Shown here in pieces: positions 59,902 to 64,000 of a stretch of DNA of 64,000 bases (positions are counted from its first letter, which is position 1; each line of letters begins with the position of its first letter). The position numbers and the translations under genes were made by a program. The notes under the pieces are model-generated. The model saw only the letters and a list, made by a program, of their open reading frames with translations, had not been told where the DNA came from and ran no database searches. Source of the DNA: Waterburya sp. (lineage in GTDB: Bacteria > Cyanobacteriota > Cyanobacteriia > Cyanobacteriales > Xenococcaceae); the NCBI GenBank assembly GCA_965217895.1, contig CBDCJV010000002.1, positions 4,832,001 through 4,896,000 of the forward strand, written 5' to 3'.

Positions 59902-61023
59902 CTAGTGCAGCCAATAAGCGATCGCCACTAGTAAAATATTAACTAAATAAAAGGCACCAACTACCTGAGTTTCACCCCAGCCACTTAGTTCAAAATGATG
60001 ATGAAGGGGAGCCATTTTAAATAAGCGTTTACCTATGCCTTCAGAGGTTTTAGTTGCCTTGTAATAAGTGACCTGAGCGATCACCGATAAAGATTCCACA
60101 AAGAAAATACCGCTAACTACAAATAATGCCCAAAGATTGCCGCTACTAAGTCCAACTGCTGCCAATGCACCCCCCAAAGCTAAAGAGCCTGTATCCCCCA
60201 TAAATACTGTGGCAGGATTGCAGTTGTGAACCAAAAAGCCCAGGCATCCACCGCTAAGACAAGCGCAAAAAATGGACAGATCGCCATAACCAGGACTAAT
60301 AATTGCCCCTAAACCCAATAAAGCGATCGCGCCTGTCCCCGCAGCTAATCCGTCTACTCCATCGGTAAAGTTGGTAGCGTTGCTTTCAGCCGTGAGAACA
60401 AACAGTGCCAAGGGCAAAAAAAACCAACCTAAAGCTAAATGCACTTCTCCTGGCAGGCGAATATCTGTAATTGAAGGAAACTGATGCCAGAAAAGCCACA
60501 GGGTAAAAGCTACTCCAAATAAAACTTGCAAAGTTAGCTTCATCCGAGGGGATATGCCCTTATTGGATTTACGTCGCAATACTTGCCAATCATCAATCCA
60601 GCCAATAAAGCCATAGCCGAAGGTAAGTAAACAAACAGCAATCAACTCAGGCGAAATGGATACTCTACCGTTAGTCAACTTTACCCAAATCAAAGATGCA
60701 GCTATAGCTACAGTCACAAAAAAAATTCCTCCCATTGTGGGAGTTCCCGCTTTTTGTAAATGACTCTGAGGACCATCTTCCTGGACAATTTGCCCTGTTT
60801 TCAGCTTGTTGAGTATGGGAATAACCCAAAATCCCAACAAAGCACTGATCACAGCGCAGCCTAAAAGAGGAAATAATAGCGAACCCCATTGCTGACTCGG
60901 AGAACGACCAGCAGATTCAAAAGCGATCGCTCCTATGGTTAAAACACAGATCAGAAAAATTAATAAGGCTTTACCAGAAGGATTAATTAATTTTCCCGTA
61001 GAAAGTGATTTAGCATTCACCAT
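59902..61023 (-). CDS. mraY: Phospho-MurNAc-pentapeptide transferase
   Basis: KAGTPTMGG, GWIDD, NFTDGVDGL, VFMGDTGS, MAPLHHHFE. Confidence 0.97.
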   Translation of the reverse strand: MVNAKSLSTGKLINPSGKALLIFLICVLTIGAIAFESAGRSPSQQWGSLLFPLLGCAVISALLGFWVIPILNKLKTGQIVQEDGPQSHLQKAGTPTMGGIFFVTVAIAASLIWVKLTNGRVSISPELIAVCLLTFGYGFIGWIDDWQVLRRKSNKGISPRMKLTLQVLFGVAFTLWLFWHQFPSITDIRLPGEVHLALGWFFLPLALFVLTAESNATNFTDGVDGLAAGTGAIALLGLGAIISPGYGDLSIFCACLSGGCLGFLVHNCNPATVFMGDTGSLALGGALAAVGLSSGNLWALFVVSGIFFVESLSVIAQVTYYKATKTSEGIGKRLFKMAPLHHHFELSGWGETQVVGAFYLVNILLVAIAYWLH

Positions 61024-61088
61024 TAAATTACGTTAAGTTTCCGAAAATTATTGGTCATCACGAAATGTTGAATTGACAAAGATTTTAT

Positions 61089-61244
61089 GGCGTTGGTGAT
61101 TTTATGTATGACGTACAAACTATTTCTGTTCGTAGCTCTTAGCTCTTAGCTCTTAGCTCTTAGCTCTTAGCTTTTAGCCTTTAGCTTTTTTAATCCTGTA
61201 AAAAATTACAATCTCAAGAAATCATACCTAGATTCACCAACGCC
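61089..61244. mobile_element. 156-bp MITE with 23-bp TIRs, 8-bp target-site duplication and internal heptamer array
   Basis: GGCGTTGGTGATTTTATGTATGA vs reverse complement GGCGTTGGTGAATCTAGGTATGA (20/23); GATTTTAT at 61081-61088 and 61245-61252; 8 units of TAGCTCT-like repeat at 61133-61188. Confidence 0.9.
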
Positions 61245-61292
61245 GATTTTATCTTTTTGGCCATCCTTATTTTTTAATCGATTTGCTGAATT

Positions 61293-61529
61293 TTAATCAT
61301 CATCATCAGCAACAACAACATCATCTACAAAATCATCGTCATCACCATCCATGAGAACATCCAAATCATCGTCAGATTTAACTTTTTCTTTCTCTACTTC
61401 TACTGGTTCACGAGGAATTAGACGATTACTAGCTTTGAGCCAGTCTAGTAAAGATGCTTCTTGCTTAAGAGGGATCACAATTGCAGGTTCGTAACGAGGT
61501 TCTTGTACTAAAGCAGGATTTTTATCCAT
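61293..61529 (-). CDS. DUF3134-family small protein
   Basis: NPALVQEPR.EPA.VIPLKQEASLLDWL...RLIPRE, acidic tail; upstream of mraY. Confidence 0.8.
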   Translation of the reverse strand: MDKNPALVQEPRYEPAIVIPLKQEASLLDWLKASNRLIPREPVEVEKEKVKSDDDLDVLMDGDDDDFVDDVVVADDDD

Positions 61530-61620
61530 AATTGATGATACTGATGAAATTTATGATTGTGGGCTTAAAATTATATACTATCTTTTTTCTTATTTCTTTT
61601 CTTTTTCTTAAAAGCTCGCC

Positions 61621-62475
61621 TCAAACATCGAATACAGAAGTATTTTCCCTCAAGATCTTAGCAGATTGCCGATAGCTGTAATTAGATTGAATATTTTGAG
61701 CTTCGTGCTTATCAGGTTTAGTCCAATCATAGCTATGGTAAAAAACTGACTCCACAAGTCCTACAGCTATTAATCTAAAAGCGATCTCTTGAATTGTTGA
61801 TAATGATTGCTTCATTAATATAGTTATATCCATAAGCGAAGTTTTGCCATTAGCTAACTCCCAAATTTCGCGCTCGACTGCCGTTAGTTTAAGATGCGAT
61901 CGCTCAACAACACGTTGCAGAGCAAAACTAGGTTCTGGTAAGTGATTGCTAAAATTTTCCCAATTGCTTATGAGTCTGAGGGCATACATAGTAACTTCAG
62001 TAGTTTTTATCTGTTGTCCAGTCATTTCTAGCCAAGGAACTGTCAAAATTCGATTTGAAAGCTGAGAAAAATCATCAAATCTGAAGCGACCGCCATCTAG
62101 CTGAAATAGACGATAAACTTGATGAAGCTGCAATTGAAAAACCAAGCTTAACTTTTCCTTGTTTAACAGCTTTTTTCTGTGTAAATAAACTCCTAAAGGC
62201 ATTGAGGTAGGACATAAAGTCCTTAGTCTAGAAACAATTAGGGGGCTTAACCATCCTCTCCCCGCAATTAAATTAATCAAACCTTTTTGATTTATGCAAT
62301 CACTGACTGCAATTAGCTGCCCTTCTTTAAACCAAATATAGTATATGCCTTTGCGTTTTGCGGTTTTGCTAGAAATTGGAGTTTCGATAATCAGACGACC
62401 TGATTTGGAGTCACGTTCAATTAATTCAAATAACTTTGGAAGTGAAAATGATTCAAGAGAGCGAATAATACTCAT
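61621..62475 (-). CDS. DUF4388 (PATAN-like) domain protein
   Basis: SLESFSLPKLF...SGRL, YIWFKEG, GGRFRF, EIWELANG. Confidence 0.8.
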   Translation of the reverse strand: MSIIRSLESFSLPKLFELIERDSKSGRLIIETPISSKTAKRKGIYYIWFKEGQLIAVSDCINQKGLINLIAGRGWLSPLIVSRLRTLCPTSMPLGVYLHRKKLLNKEKLSLVFQLQLHQVYRLFQLDGGRFRFDDFSQLSNRILTVPWLEMTGQQIKTTEVTMYALRLISNWENFSNHLPEPSFALQRVVERSHLKLTAVEREIWELANGKTSLMDITILMKQSLSTIQEIAFRLIAVGLVESVFYHSYDWTKPDKHEAQNIQSNYSYRQSAKILRENTSVFDV

Positions 62476-62808
62476 TGGTAATTAGCTTCTCCCATAAAAT
62501 TCTGTTGATAACCTTTGTTTTTATTTTTGTCTAACAACACAATCGCTGCTCTCAAAAGCTTTAATCAAATTACTTAAACAAGATAACTTAGTTTATTATA
62601 AGGGAATCGCTAAAGTTCTATTTTGTAATTATTAGTTCTCGAATTTTCTATGATCGTAAAAACCGCGATTTATACAAACATAAATTTGCTTTCTTTAATA
62701 TCTTCCCAAGATAATTAAGCTTTTTTCTTCAACTACCAATTCAATAAATTAGCTAGCAAAAGTGACAAATTACTGGGCATAGAATATGTTGCTTGCACCC
62801 TTGACAGT

Positions 62809-62870
62809 ATACGCGGTTTAAGCCTTTGTTTCAATGCGGGAAACCCGCGCAACGAACTTGTCCGCATATA
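62809..62870. repeat. Third, more divergent member of the GGG-TTT-CCC hairpin element family
   Basis: Minus strand CGTTGCGCGGGTTTCCCGCATTGA, flanked by TATACGC / GCATATA. Confidence 0.6.
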
Positions 62871-62990
62871 ATGCTTTTTGATGTTAAATCCTTTAGAGGA
62901 TCTTACTTTTACTTCTGCCCACCAAAAACACGGCTTGATTTCTCAGAAACTTGACCATAACCATTATTATGCACGAGGGTTTGTGTGCTT

Positions 62991-63551
62991 ATGACCGAAA
63001 AAGAAGAAAATCCAGTAGTTGAACTGTTAAAAACTTTAGTCTCTGCTGGTATCTTAGCGATTGGTATTCGCGCCTGTGTAGCTGAAGCTCGTTATATACC
63101 TTCCGAGTCGATGCTGCCAACACTGGCTGTAAATGACCGTTTGATTGTTGAAAAGATAAGCTACCATTTTCATAAACCAGAACGAGGAGATGTTGTGGTT
63201 TTTTCGCCTACAAAAGCTTTAAAAGAACAAAATTATAATCAGGCTTTTATTAAAAGGGTAATAGGTTTACCAGGAGATACTGTTGAAGTAAAGAACCATG
63301 AGGTATACGTTAATAATAAACAATTAACTGAAAAATACATTCTTGATGCTCCTAACTATACATTTGGTCCAGTTAAAGTTCCTCCAGGACAATACTTCGT
63401 TTTTGGAGACAATCGCAATAATAGTTATGATTCTCACTACTGGGGCTTTGTTCCCCGTGAAAATATAATTGGCAAAGCAAGTGTCCGTTTTTGGCCTCCT
63501 AAGCGGGCTGGATCTCTTTATCAAGAACCTCTCTATCCTGAATCTAAGTAG
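62991..63551 (+). CDS. lepB: Signal peptidase I
   Basis: YIPSESMLPTL, RGDVVVF, FIKRVIGLPGD, GDNRNNSYDSH. Confidence 0.96.
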   Translation: MTEKEENPVVELLKTLVSAGILAIGIRACVAEARYIPSESMLPTLAVNDRLIVEKISYHFHKPERGDVVVFSPTKALKEQNYNQAFIKRVIGLPGDTVEVKNHEVYVNNKQLTEKYILDAPNYTFGPVKVPPGQYFVFGDNRNNSYDSHYWGFVPRENIIGKASVRFWPPKRAGSLYQEPLYPESK

Positions 63552-63664
63552 ATTTAGTTCACCAGAAAAATAATTGCTCCTGTAGATAACAAATATGTTA
63601 GTCTCAGGAGTATTCTTCATAAGTATAAATTTTATAAATTTTGCTATAGGTTACTCAAGAATGA

Positions 63665-64000
63665 CTAGCGAAACATACTGCTAACAGAACTAGCCTCATG
63701 GATGCGCCATATCGCTTCTCCTAATAAATTAGCTACTGATAATACAGTCAATTGCTTGAACTTTTTATTATCTGCAATCGGAATTGTATTAGTAACAATG
63801 ACCTCCTTGAAAATTCCGCTAGATAATCTAGATATGGCTGGTTCAGAGAAAACAGCATGAGTAGCACAGGCGTAAATTTCTTTAGCACCTTCTTCCTTCA
63901 GTAATTTACCGCCTGCTGCTAAAGTACCAGCCGTATCAATCATGTCATCTACCAGAATCGCGGTTTTGCCCTTAACATCTCCAATCACGTTCATCACCTC
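63665..64000 (-). CDS. prs: Ribose-phosphate pyrophosphokinase, 3' part
   Basis: VDDMIDTAGTL, YACATHAVFS, SVSSMFR. Confidence 0.95.
   Translation of the reverse strand, partial: EVMNVIGDVKGKTAILVDDMIDTAGTLAAGGKLLKEEGAKEIYACATHAVFSEPAISRLSSGIFKEVIVTNTIPIADNKKFKQLTVLSVANLLGEAIWRIHEASSVSSMFR

Noticed and set aside
8998..63620. Numerous 60-130 aa ORFs antisense or out of frame within assigned genes (e.g. 9540, 10674, 17596, 18630, 23361, 31923, 45809, 54375, 63324)
   Set aside because: Shadow ORFs of well-supported genes with no independent motifs

Overview
Cyanobacterial chromosomal segment. Evidence: dense HIP1 octamer GCGATCGC throughout, plus cyanobacterial-type furA, sigE, glgC and PaO-like genes; the genus cannot be fixed from sequence alone. 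The backbone is housekeeping: PP2C phosphatase, ftsY, rsmA, ubiD, dnaJ-like, glgC, sufE, fur, plsC, ktrB/ktrA, lipA, priA, sigE, mscL, mraY, lepB, prs. Accessory parts: (i) a GmrSD-like nuclease with an unexplained C-terminal domain, set beside a DevA-like gene remnant and divergent from a nucleosidase-fold protein; (ii) a BchE-like radical SAM gene and an alpha-carbonic anhydrase; (iii) an ECF41 sigma-factor module with a perfect cognate promoter, next to a dead IS630; (iv) an orphan phnM paired with a 2H-phosphoesterase; (v) a ~10 kb cluster of TPR-fused glycan-tailoring enzymes (GT61, methyltransferase-like, sulfotransferase) with an Asp2-like hydrolase, a GT2 and a small RTX protein, which is the best candidate for an undescribed system (protein glycosylation and decoration). 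Small mobile DNA is abundant: MITEs carrying TAGCNNN heptamer arrays, HIP1-splitting inserts, and a structured ~56-57 nt element inserted at the centre of REP-like palindromes, one copy in-frame inside priA. I saw no rRNA, tRNA or CRISPR array. All family assignments come from motif recognition by eye, not from database searches.
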